DNA of 63,690 nt, counting the filler, from Rhabdomonas costata (Eukaryota), in assembly GCA_019059605.1 (NCBI GenBank). It is 45 parts of 45 records of this genome, joined end to end, with 100 filler letters (N's around TTAATTAATTAA, not from the genome) between each part and the next. Parts side by side here need not be neighbours in the genome. Positions count along the whole stretch, not along the records: positions 49,629 to 50,945 come from JAHMHO010019632.1; positions 51,046 to 52,362 come from JAHMHO010019633.1; positions 52,463 to 53,779 come from JAHMHO010019634.1; positions 53,880 to 55,196 come from JAHMHO010019635.1; positions 55,297 to 56,613 come from JAHMHO010019636.1; positions 56,714 to 58,024 come from JAHMHO010019637.1; positions 58,125 to 59,441 come from JAHMHO010019638.1; positions 59,542 to 60,857 come from JAHMHO010019639.1; 37 more parts are not named here. One strand, written 5' to 3'. The notes below the pieces were generated by a model. The model was not told the origin of the DNA. It saw only the letters and a program-made list of their open reading frames with translations, and ran no database searches. Positions 49,629 to 61,026 of this stretch are shown here, in pieces. Position 1 is the first letter of the stretch. Each line of letters starts with the position of its first letter. Both the position numbers and the translations under genes were made by a program.

Positions 49629-50945
49629 GTGGGTGTGTCTTCAACGCTTGGAGCCCTATGAACTTCTTCTCAGCCTCATACCTGGTCTGTGAAGGGAAAT
49701 AATACCGGTCTGGCAAAATTGGGCTCTTTCGGACAAAATGTCTCCATGTGTTAACCAACGCAACGACTCCCAGTATTCGACATCCTTGGTCCTAGGCAAA
49801 GCTCCATCTGGAACAGGTCTAATGTCTCTCTCTGCCAACAAAGGATCCCGCTCTGGAACTGCCGAAGGTCTCCATTTGGTGCTAACATCACTGGAAGAAC
49901 TTCCTGATGGCACTGGGTTGGGAGCGGGAAGTCTTGTTCCTCTGGACACTGGCATTTACGACTGTAAAGGCCCTGGCTGGGAATCCGTGGATGAACTGGC
50001 TGCTCCACAGTCTGGCAACTCCACGTCTTGCATACCATTCCCACCATTTTTCCAACCTTCCTCTTGATCGCATATCACCACCTTACTGACATCTGCATTG
50101 GACTGCCGAAGCGCTTCCATAAATGTAGGTTGAGGTGGTGGTGGTGGCACCTTCCTAGTGAAAGTCTACTCAAACGACTGTGCCTGTATGGGCTGTGGCT
50201 TAGGCTGTGATTGCAGCTTAGCACCTGACCATGTGTGACCGTAAACTGCTGCTGGTGCTTCTTCACGCTCACGCCATGTATACAGCACTGAATGCTGCTT
50301 CAACGGTGATTTAGTGGCGGGGTTGCTCTGTGGATACTCGCTGTGGAAGTAGCTCGAACGGGGGAACGTTTCCCCCTCCTCTTCTTTCTTAGGCGAGTTG
50401 TTCCTTGCTCTTGAAAGGGAAAACAAAGGTACAAACACACAGTAAAAAACATAAAAAAACGTCTCCTGCCCATCTGATAACACGCTCTACTCCACTTACC
50501 CACTTGTGGATAACCCACTCTAACCTACTATGTGGATAACCCAATGACTACACTCTACACTCCATCAATCTCTTTTCCAACAACGTAGGAAAACACCGTG
50601 GCCCACCGCGGCCTTGGTCAAAGATTTCCTGTGGATCCTAAATACAATCTCCCACTCCACATCTGGCATCTGATCGTCAGTTCTTTCAGCAAATGATACC
50701 AGTGGGCTTCAACCCACTCTGGTGTCACCAAAAGCAGCTGAGATCGTTCTCGACAGACCTTTGCCAAAACATGTGGAATTAGGCTCCAGGGAGGGTTGGC
50801 GTACAGACACACATCTGGGCTCCATCTGTAGGCAAACGCATTGCAGCCTGTCGCCTCCACATCCCTCTCGTCAACTGTAAAATACCGCGCCAGCTGATGG
50901 TGCTCTGCCGACGCAAACAAATCGATACAAGGAGTCACCAACAAA
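49629..50945 (-). mobile_element. Retroelement fragment: Dam-like MTase, PPT, short LTR, PBS, decayed gag-like frame
   Basis: MTase motifs, 22-nt purine tract 50390-50369, ...TACA|TGGCG junction at 50277/50276, and one continuous frame broken only by stops. Confidence 0.6.
50555..50944 (-). pseudogene. Retrotransposon-type N6-adenine DNA methyltransferase domain with an internal TGA at 50620-50618
   Basis: IDLFAS..NAFAYRW..LYANPPWSLIPHVLAK..LVTPEW..HWY; the frame resumes PRPRWATVF after the TGA. Confidence 0.88.
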
Positions 50946-51317
50946 NNNNNNNNNNNNNNNNNNNNNNNNNNNNNNNNNNNNNNNNNNNNTTAATTAATTA
51001 ANNNNNNNNNNNNNNNNNNNNNNNNNNNNNNNNNNNNNNNNNNNNAAAAGCACCCACCGCACAAAGTTCCGTCTGATTGGGTGAAATGGTGTTCGGCCGT
51101 GCGACCTACGCAGGGCCCAAACCGGCAGTGCAAGAGAGAAAGGTGAACAACACACAGGATCGCACAAACAGATACATTTAAAGACACGCCAGGGCTTCAG
51201 CTAAACTCGCTGAGGCCGATGCTCAGGGCACAGCACAACCTCCATCACCGCAACAATCTCCGGGGAGGTGGACGGGAGATCGTGGCACAGGTTAAACCCG
51301 GAATTTCCCACCGAAAC

Positions 51318-52362
51318 CTGCTCCTTATCCTGGCAAACTTTTTCATCCGGTGGAAACTTGCATGGCGCCTCGAAGCACTCGAAGTTGATTGCCGGCAGGT
51401 CGTCGTAGCGGCCCGTCTTGGTGGAGGTGTAGCGCCCGTCCGAAAACTGGGCCATGTGCCAGCCCTGGTTGGAATACCCCACGGAGCGGGCGCTGGGGTT
51501 CCACTTCTTTGCAGACTTGCTGTACAGCTGGGAGTTCGTGTTGACGTACACGGCGTAGTCCGAGGTGCAGGCCTCCGCGAAGTACTTCCCGTTCTTGGGC
51601 GCCCACTTCGTGGCACACCGGTCGTAGCCCTGCATCGGCACAACCGTGGTGTCCGCCACCTTGCCGCAGTCCTCGATGTTGTACGTCGTGCGGATCCTGG
51701 AATCCTCACACACCAGCTCCCCGCCGATCCGGTCCTTCCACATGCTCATCTCCACGTTCATTGGGATGAAGCCCTCCTGCTGGTCCAGGTTGTAGTTGAA
51801 CCGGGTGGAGAGCTTCCCAAGCCCCTCTACTCCACCGTTCAGCTCGATAATCACCTGAACGAGAAAATGACACCCGAGAGCAAACAAAGAAAGGCATCCG
51901 TGTAGATTCGGTTCTTCCGAAAAATGATGCGGCACGGAAACAGTTCGCCGCAGATGCCAAATGTCACGGGGTCATGGCGAAAGGCACGTTGTGCAGCCCC
52001 AACTGTTCTCTCTCAGAAGCAAAACGCAATCGCTTTAAAGCGATCCTTTAGGCTTCAACCCATTCCGTCAAACGACAATTTCGTCCGGCACTTGTTTTGA
52101 AATGCGCCATTCTCAAAGCCAAAAAATAAACGTCCCTAAAATCCCAGACACCCGGCTATAAACACTTGGAGTGAAGCTGGAATCGACATTGCCCGCGGAT
52201 TTCGAAGGCATCGCCATTCCAGCGCGGAAATCAGCCAAGGCCTCATGTACCTGGTTTTCCGTGATGACGGGGTCGGCGTACGAGAACTGGATGCGCTGCC
52301 TAAGGTCGATGAAACCTCCATTGGCCTCCGTCCAGTTCTTGCTGTCGCTCTTGTTGAAGGTA
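51318..52362 (-). CDS. Unknown Cys/Trp-containing, probably secreted protein; exons 52362-52152 and 51854-51318
   Basis: Long, strongly GC3-biased frames joined in phase by a GT-AG intron. Confidence 0.7.
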
Positions 52363-52644
52363 NNNNNNNNNNNNNNNNNNNNNNNNNNNNNNNNNNNNNN
52401 NNNNNNTTAATTAATTAANNNNNNNNNNNNNNNNNNNNNNNNNNNNNNNNNNNNNNNNNNNNTGTGTTGGGTGTGGGTGGGTTGGGGGTGCCAGGTCGGA
52501 AGAAAGACTGCAGTGGGGGGAAGGGGGCATCAAACCCAGGCAGAGTCCAGCAGGTGCTCCAACTAACACAAAAACCACTACGAACACCAGCACCAAAAGA
52601 GGTTTGGCGAGGGACGTTTTTTTGGAGAAGGGCGGAGCAGTGAC

Positions 52645-53432
52645 CTAAAGCGGAGATTTCATAGAGCCTGCCCACCGCGCGGAAGTACTCGCTGACGGGC
52701 TGGCTCTGGCTGTGGAACGTCACGAGACGCTTCTGGATCGTCGCCTCGTTGTCGTCCGCTCGTCCCGAGCTTTGTGCGCGGCCCAGCAGCCGCTTCACCA
52801 GGACGTCGTCCGGGGCCGTGAAGAACAGGCAGAACTCCGCGATGCCCACGGTGCGCTCAAACTCCAGGCCTTGCGCAATGTCCCTGGGAAACCCTGTTTT
52901 GAGTTTTGTATTTGTACACCAAGCGCCAGGGATCAGAAAGCCCGCACGTGACCACGTTTGGCGGAGAAAGAGTCGAACATAACCGGGAATGACCTTTGCG
53001 CGTATGCGAAAAGGTAAAAAGACGAAGCCTCACAGAGAAGGGAGACGATGATGTGGACGCAGCAACATACAGAAAGTATCAGAGCGTCGTGATGCACGAA
53101 CATGCTCCAGAGGCTTGAGTTTGAAGGACAAACAAGGAAAAGAGTGTGGTAATATTGGTTGTGGTAGGTCCTTTACAGGTGCGGGTACAGGTACGGGTTC
53201 CGAAGGGACTGATTAACATTGCTGTATTCTCCCACAGATTCACACCAAAATGACAGTCTGTGCAAAGGGCCAAAAATAAAAACGCGCGTGCACCCTTTTA
53301 ATTTGCGAGAGAGAAAGAGAGAGGTGAAGGAACACTTACACTGACACTCACCGTCAATCAGCACCCACTGGCGAGACGAGGAACTTGACAGCGAATCAAT
53401 CCTCTTCTTCAAAAGCCCAATGGTAATGTGAC
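52645..53432 (-). CDS. UMP-CMP/adenylate kinase (short-LID type); exons 53432-53352 and 52893-52645
   Basis: HITIGLLKK..VLIDG|FPR..RLLGRAQSSGRADDNEATIQKRLVTF. Confidence 0.93.
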
Positions 53433-54567
53433 CTGCAAGCCGAACCACCGCATAAAGTCTCTGCAGTCTCAGCAGTATGGCTGGCTTTCCAGTGCCGGCA
53501 AATGGGAACATTGCTCTTGGGGGGGGGACCATTTACTTGCATAATGAACCCTTCTCTCAGAAGTTGCAGCGGCAAAGAGCATATGTCCAATGTGACCAAT
53601 TCGACTGCTGTCCACGTGAACACAAATCCACCGAGTCCTGAGTGCAGAGCTGGAAGGAAGGTCATGCCATGCAACAGACCCGGGAACACAACTTTAGCTC
53701 TCTGCAGATTCAAAGAGAGATGGCGCACAGGTGGCACCCGTTTAAAAATGCCCGTGAACAATAATCAAAAGTGTAGCATNNNNNNNNNNNNNNNNNNNNN
53801 NNNNNNNNNNNNNNNNNNNNNNNTTAATTAATTAANNNNNNNNNNNNNNNNNNNNNNNNNNNNNNNNNNNNNNNNNNNNCTGGAGTGATAGGTGGCCCTG
53901 ATATGGAGGAGTTCCAGTGGAGAGCAAACTTGGATGGCAAGGACCCCTTTCTTTCGTTGATGGAGCACATTCGCAATGGACATTTCCAGTGAATATTGTA
54001 ATATTTATCTCGCAGGGTGTTGGGAAGCCATGCACGTGTACCCTAGAAAAAGGTTCACTGCTGAACGTATGCCAAACCGATATACAACGCAAAGTGTCAC
54101 TTTCCGTGTCACGCTGGAAAGGGCTGCGGGTTTGATCTGTCGTCTGAACAATGGAATACCCAGGAAAGAAATAGCCAATCATCTGGAAGCGCTGGGCTCA
54201 GGGAGGGTAATGCGGGGCATTTACAAGATTTCATGAACGTTAATTAATCTCTTAATTCTATTAACCCACGATTATACTGTCAACGTCAACTCCTAAGTGA
54301 TAACTTGAAAAGTGAACTCTAAAACAGGCATTTTCGACTTCGAAGCTCAAAAGGGGTGGCAAAAACTAGTTTTTTTTGCTGGGGGTGCTTTTGGGTCTTT
54401 CATTTTTGTTCTTTATGGTTCTACGCTCATCTCTAACGCTTTTGCGTGAGGTGGCGGGACTATAAAAGCCCTCAGCTTTGGGCGGCTTGACAAAGTCACA
54501 AGCTCGTGCAATAATCACAGGAGAGGGCGAACAACAAGAGGCTGAGGGAGGGATGAGCCACGCACAC

Positions 54568-54709
54568 CGCCTCGAGCTCCTCTCCCTTGATCTCCCGGGC
54601 GAAGTCGCTGACACGCAGCACAGCGTCAAGGCAAGTCTCCATTTTCTTCTGCAGCAGATGAACGTACTTGGCCACCGTGTCAACGTCCCGCAGGATGTCC
54701 TCCACGGGT
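54568..54709 (-). CDS. Exon of an unknown helical protein
   Basis: AG/GT-bounded PVEDILRDVDTVAKYVHLLQKK.. Confidence 0.4.
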
Positions 54710-55296
54710 CTGCGAATCAATAACATCATTCATACACCCTCACAGATTCAGATACACTGACAGCTATAATGTCCAGTTTTTTCGGCTGAACTTGGCGGGC
54801 AGGCATGTGGAAAAAACGTGGATAAGTGTGGGACGGGGGAGGGATTTTCAGAAAAATCAACCGCTTCAAGAATATCAACATTAAACCTCCATTCAAGAAA
54901 ACTGCAAGTGCGTTCGGAACTGCAAATGCAACGAATGCTGGAACCACACTAATACCAATACACACCCGAAAAAAGTGGGAAGCAGGTGACCAGCATAAGT
55001 GGTAATGTGATGATGATTTGGGTTTTCGGGTTTGTGAGATCAACGATTCGGAAGCCCTGTATCGTTTTCTTCTTCTTCGTTCTTCTTTCTTTTTATTACA
55101 AAGGTTTTCTTTCTTAATTAAGCTCCTTCTTACGCTCGCACCTTTCTTTCACCCTTCCCATCATTTTCTGTCTTTAAATGCGATTCCCCCAAAAACNNNN
55201 NNNNNNNNNNNNNNNNNNNNNNNNNNNNNNNNNNNNNNNNTTAATTAATTAANNNNNNNNNNNNNNNNNNNNNNNNNNNNNNNNNNNNNNNNNNNN

Positions 55297-56590
55297 GTTC
55301 CGCTTGTCGTCGCAGAAGAGGAGCGCGACCATGAGACCGAGAAGGAGTCGGATTTGCTTTGCGAGACCGATGCCGTCTGGCTCAAGGTGCGAGACAAGCT
55401 CGTGGAACCCGTCCATGTGCAGGAGGAAGTACGCGAGGTGGTGGGCGAAGCAGTCTTTGTGCAGCTGCCTGTGTGCGTCCGTGAGCACGTCAAACTCACA
55501 CTTCGGCTGCAGGTGCTGGTTCTGGTCTTGGAAACAGTTTGCGAAAGGGACGGGGAGAAGGTGGAGGTACTGGTGAGACTACTCGATGAGCTGGGGGAGA
55601 TGGTGCAGCTGCGACTGAACGTCTCGCTGCGGCTGAAGGAAGGGCTTTTCGTGAATGTGCTGCAGCAAGAACGTGTACGGGTGAGAGAATGTGAAATTGT
55701 GTGGGTGGCCGTCGGGGAAAAAGACGAAGTGAAAGACAGCGTTGCAGAAGCCGTGTGTGACACGGAAGCGGTCGGGCTCTTCGTCTCACTCCTCGACGCA
55801 GAGCCCGAGAAGCTCACCGTTTGTGTGGTGCTCACGCTTTGCGTCAACGTTCGGCTGGACGTCCCCGACTTCGTGGCGCTGCGCGACACCGATCCACTGC
55901 CTGATCGACTTCCAGACCAACTCCGTGACGGCGTGTGGCTCTCAGTCATCGTGGAAGAAACCGAAAGCGAAGATGACGAGGAGCAGGATGCAGTCCTGGA
56001 GGAGCTTCCCGAATCCGTGCTGGTGAGCGTAAAGCTGCGGGACTGCGTGCCTGACAAGGTTCCCGAGCTCGAAGCAGAGTCCGTGCTGGTCGTCGAGAAT
56101 GTGCTGCTGGCGGTGATGCTCTGCGACTCTGAGGAGCTCAGAGAGGTGCTACCCGTGGCGATGCGCGAGAAACTCCCACTTCGGCTCCGCGAGAAGGTCA
56201 GCGAGCTGGTGGCTGAAGTGGTCGCGCTCAGAGACCCAGTGATACTCGGAGTGGCCGAGCGACTGCGGGTGCCCGAAGAAGTCCCACTCGATGTGCAGGA
56301 GAAGCTCGCTGAACTCGTTCGCGTCGTTGACGCCGACAGTGAAAGCGTGTTCGAATGGCTCTCCGTCAAGCTGCTGCTCTGTGTCGGTGAGGTAGAGAGG
56401 CTTTCAGTTCCGCTCGAGGTCGCTGTGGCGGTGAGAGTCGAAGTTGCGGAGATGCTGAAAGAGGAAGTCGTGCTGGAGGATTGCGAGCTGGACCGCGAGG
56501 TGCTGATGCTCACAGTGGGAGACACGCTCTCGGACATCGACGCCGAGAAAGAAACGGACTCCGTCACGGAAGCTGTCGGCGAGAACTGAA
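55297..56590 (-). CDS. Ser/Thr-rich (S/T-x)n repeat surface or mucin-like protein fragment
   Basis: About 430 codons of alternating Ser/Thr without a stop. Confidence 0.75.
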
Positions 56591-58823
56591 AGCCTCTCTA
56601 CCTCACCAACACANNNNNNNNNNNNNNNNNNNNNNNNNNNNNNNNNNNNNNNNNNNNTTAATTAATTAANNNNNNNNNNNNNNNNNNNNNNNNNNNNNNN
56701 NNNNNNNNNNNNNTGTTGGAGTGAAACCAAAAAAATTCGCAACAGTTTTGTTTCAGCCATTGTAGCGTGCATACAAGACATTATTAGACGGGCTGACTCC
56801 AGCATTTTGACCATAGGACTTACGTGCCAGCGCGTCTAATAATGTCTTGTATGCACGCTACAATGACTGAAACAAAACTGTTGCGAATTTTTTTGGTTTC
56901 ACTCCAATGCCAACATCATGTACGCTGCTCTAATTGCCATGTATGTTGTTTGCAATGCACACCCAGCCACTTGTAGTGCTACTTGCTCAACTCTTCCTCC
57001 AGCTGCTGCAATTTTTTCTTTCTCTCTTTTTTTTGAGCTTCCATTCATAGCAGCGCAACTTACTCTTGTGTTTTCTGTGCGCGCTGCTTCAATTTGCGAC
57101 CTTGTCACGCCAAAAATCCACGAGATTCAATATCTTCTCTCATTCGAGCTGCTGTAATTTTCAAACATTAGTGCCTGCTGAGAGTTACCGCACTCGTTTC
57201 TTTCCTCCGAGGTGGGGGCGTTGAGTTGAGGCTTTACCATCATTTCCTCAGTGCTGATCTCCAATCTAGCGCTGTGCAATCTTTAACAACGTGGCGTTCC
57301 ATCATTTATATTGCTCCATTCACCACAGGTTGCGCCATATAACATCTTTTAGTAGCCCGCGCCATTTTTTCACATTGGAGCTTCTGCCTCTCTCTGAATG
57401 CTTCAAATGTCATGATGAATCTGTCAGTTACTTTTGTTCTGCCACGTTTTCATCCCACCGCTTATTGTGCTCGCGCTCCCACAGACTACTGCTTCCATCT
57501 CCCACTTTTTCCAGTCTTCTTGACTGCTGCTTCACGCTGTTGTGATTTACATCTGCCACTATACATTGACAGCTTCTTCGTGGCAGAATTCTTCCCATCT
57601 CCACCAACCTTGTTCAACAGTAGTACAGTTTATTTGGTTCTCATATGATCAACCTTCCTTAATTGAAGTTATTCACTTAACGCGTGCAAATTCCATTTTC
57701 ATTTCCATTTAGCCGCTCCTTGGCCTCCGATATGGATAATTCATACATACTGCTACGATTGCGCTGCAAATCACATTTCCGAGAGTCGGGATATCGCTTC
57801 CGTGTCGTCCCATGAGCACGCCGAAGCTTCCTCTCCTCCACCTGTGTGGACTGTGTGATTCTAAAAGATTGCGCGGGCTACTAAAAGATGTTATACGGCG
57901 CAATCTGTGCTGAATGGAGCAATACAAATTATGGAACGCCACGTTTTCAAAGAGTGCACAGCGCTAGATTGGAGATCAGCACTGAGGGAATGATGGTAAA
58001 GCATCAACTCAACCCCCCCCCATCNNNNNNNNNNNNNNNNNNNNNNNNNNNNNNNNNNNNNNNNNNNNTTAATTAATTAANNNNNNNNNNNNNNNNNNNN
58101 NNNNNNNNNNNNNNNNNNNNNNNNGGGGGGGTGGGGTGGCAGTGTGTGGTTTTGTTTGCGTGGGTCCACATTCCAGCGATGTTTCAACGTGAATCTTTCA
58201 CCGCGACGTTAAATGAATTTTGGTATGGGTGTATGGTCGGGGGGTTGTTTTGTCCATCACCGTGTGATCGCTCACGTGTCTGGGTGGTTTTACGTGATCC
58301 GCGGGTAGTTCCTTCGCACGAATTATAGTCTGCGCTACATGCTGCGAAATTTTGCATTTTGATAGGTTGTTGTTGTTCGCACAATATGCAGCAGAATTTT
58401 TGTGATCATTCATATTTTCCTCTTTATTTCTTCTCGTTATTCTGCCTTTATTGAGGTTGTATTCGTCAAAAGGTGTCTTTTCCTTGCAGTCAGTAGTCGA
58501 TGGCCCACCTCCACTTTTTGGCAATGTTGGTGCTGGAGCAGGCAGGTTCCGTGCCCAAATTGTTCTCGTGCCGGCGGGACTTTCGCCCTGGAGGGATGCC
58601 GTCCCACACAAATGGACAGCACACGTAAAGGGAATGAAACGGGTTGAAGTAGTAGTTCCGGGTGACCGTACAGGCTTTGGCACATGTTGCAGCATTGCAG
58701 CAGCCAAGGGAAAACACTGGAATCTTATGAAGAAGTTGACTTCTCTCACCTGCGCACGCACGCACGCACGCACACACACATACTCTCTCTCTCTCTCTCT
58801 CTCTCTCTGTCCCCTTGGCAAAG

Positions 58824-59018
58824 CTTCGAGATGGGCGGAGTTACGTCGCTGCGATGGAGGCCCACCTGGACAAGGAGGAGGACGTGGTGTTCCCGCTGGT
58901 GTACGGGCACGTTCCGCAATCCCAGCTGCAAATTATTGAGAACAAGCTGGAAGAGGTCGAGCACCAGTACCTCCGCAGCGGCACCACCCCGAAACTGATC
59001 AAGCTGGCTATTACTTTG
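58824..59018 (+). CDS. Hemerythrin-like (HHE cation-binding) domain exon
   Basis: YVAAMEAHLDKEEDVVFPLV (H..xEE..xFP motif); AG/GT bounded. Confidence 0.72.
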
Positions 59019-59589
59019 GTTTGCTTTGTGTGACCCCCCCTCGAATTCAGCGCTATTTCCCCGAACGCCAAGAATTACGAACAGCCAAAAAAGACTCCGA
59101 ACGTCAGGATGAGAGGAAACTCGTCATTTCCCGCCCCTTCCCTCTTTTATCTGGCAACGTGGCAGGCACTGCGCACGGAAAGAACTGTAGGCTGGGCGCA
59201 CGACGCCCTATACCCACAACGACTTCCTTTTTCTTTTTGTTTGCATTTTTTGTTTTCCCTCTTGAACGCCACTATATGAGTGACCTCTTTTTTTCACTTA
59301 GGACCGCAAGTATGCCGGACAGCCTCAGCAGCAGCCAGCACGGCCTCGGAAAGTCACTCATGAGCCGCACTGATTGCGCGCCTGCAGACACTCGGAAGCC
59401 CAATCCCCCGCACCTACACGTATATGTGCATACCCACACAANNNNNNNNNNNNNNNNNNNNNNNNNNNNNNNNNNNNNNNNNNNNTTAATTAATTAANNN
59501 NNNNNNNNNNNNNNNNNNNNNNNNNNNNNNNNNNNNNNNNNGGTTGTGTGTGATTTACAGAAGAAAAAGCAAATGCAGCCAAGACACAC

Positions 59590-60612
59590 CGCTAAGGTGG
59601 AGCTGCGAGCGGCGGAGGTCGTGTGTGGGCCGCCGCGTGAGGCAGCGCCTCGGGGCGGGGGGTGCTCCGGTGCCCCCACAGGCACCACAGCGGTGCGCAG
59701 GCGAGGCCCTTCTCCAACTGGGCCCCACTCCGAGGGCTGCCCCACGCCCCCCAGCGCTCGTAGCAGGCTGCTCTGAGGACAGGCCCAAGAGCCACACGGT
59801 CGGCCATCCAAAACGGAAAATCACACCCGTCTCGTCTCTACAAGTGCATCACCGTCCATGCGAGACGAAGGTTCTGGTTCTTGATGTGCACTCGCCCCAC
59901 TCCCCCCTCTTGCTGTGGCTTCCTGTTTCATCTTCCCGCGGCACCTGCCTCCGATCTACTCCACTCATTCGCTCAAGGTCATAACGATTTAAGTTTGAAC
60001 CAACGAAAACGGGGATTGCAAAGCTGCGAGAGGACGTGCGTGTTACCAGTTGCGCCTGAGTATCCCCTCCCTTCCCTCAACTTAAACGAGAGGAACCGAA
60101 CCAGTCCATCGGAGATCCGTAGGAACGCTTTCACCTTCGTTACATTACTCACCAACGTTAAATCGATTGATACACCCCCACCCCCCTCGCGCACTGCACA
60201 GCTGTGTTAAAAAGTTTTACGCACATCCAGTGTTCAACACCAATCTAATACAACTGTCCCCAGCACAGCCCATTCCCGCGGACATCGGCCAGTTCCCAGG
60301 AAAAAAATAACCAGCCCATTGCCAACTGTAGATGGATCCTTCAAGTCGACCTACTTGCAGGGCGGTGAGCCTTTTCCAGTTTTCCAGTTGACGAGGTGGT
60401 CCAGAACAGACTGAAGAAGGCCAAATAGTAGAGCTAGCAAAAAATCCGCCGAGTTCAATCCTTTCTCTAACCTAACCCTAACCCCAAGCCCCTCCTCCCG
60501 GATGTCTACGTCGTGTGAAGGAACCTTTCCGCAGCGGTGGGCGCCCAGCACAAGAACTTGGAAGAGGTCGGGCCGGGCCGAGCCCTCCGATGGGTCGCGC
60601 AAGGGCCGCGTC
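59590..60612 (-). CDS. Miro-like second GTPase domain; exons 60612-60525 and 59772-59590
   Basis: Spliced TRPLRD..RPDLFQVLVLGAHRCGK|SSLLRAL..TAVVPV; the P-loop is completed across a GT-AG intron. Confidence 0.6.
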
Positions 60613-61026
60613 CTGCGAGATGCCCCAACACAAAACTCACTGACATTCACTTTTTTGGCTGACGAGGACAGCCCACGGACCCGCACCCGCCCACAGACAC
60701 CGAATATGCCATCACAAAGAGTAAACCAACGTTTCCAATCCAAACTTGCGAAACCCCCCGACAAAGGCTCTAACACACGGAACAAGCACTCTGTACAGGG
60801 GGAACCACAGAACTGGAACCACAGGACCCTTCCACGCTCAGCAACAACCCAACAACANNNNNNNNNNNNNNNNNNNNNNNNNNNNNNNNNNNNNNNNNNN
60901 NTTAATTAATTAANNNNNNNNNNNNNNNNNNNNNNNNNNNNNNNNNNNNNNNNNNNNGTGGTTTTTGAACCCGTACTTTGTGGGTCTCACTCAGTATGGT
61001 AGTGTAGCGGGCATACCCTGTTTTCT

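Noticed and set aside
51219-51905. 228-aa + strand ORF
   Set aside because: Antisense shadow of the GC3-rich minus-strand exon.
55354-56589. 411-aa Val/Glu/Leu-rich ORF on the + strand
   Set aside because: It is the expected antisense shadow of the Ser/Thr repeat protein and lacks articulin VPV repeats.
2873-56906. Near-perfect 19-75 bp hairpins (about 2873-2973, 5703-5759, 21023-21164, 29792-29890, 33797-33937, 38293-38419, 56717-56906) as ncRNAs, MITEs or terminators
   Set aside because: All abut contig ends or primer tails and are unrelated in sequence, which fits fold-back artefacts of amplification.
60466-60485. Telomeric CCCTAA repeats
   Set aside because: Only 2-3 imperfect units inside an intron.
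60351-60785. C5-methyltransferase-like motifs (VLEPLSGG...SPPC)
   Set aside because: The spacing is wrong, and the region is better explained as introns around a Miro-like exon.
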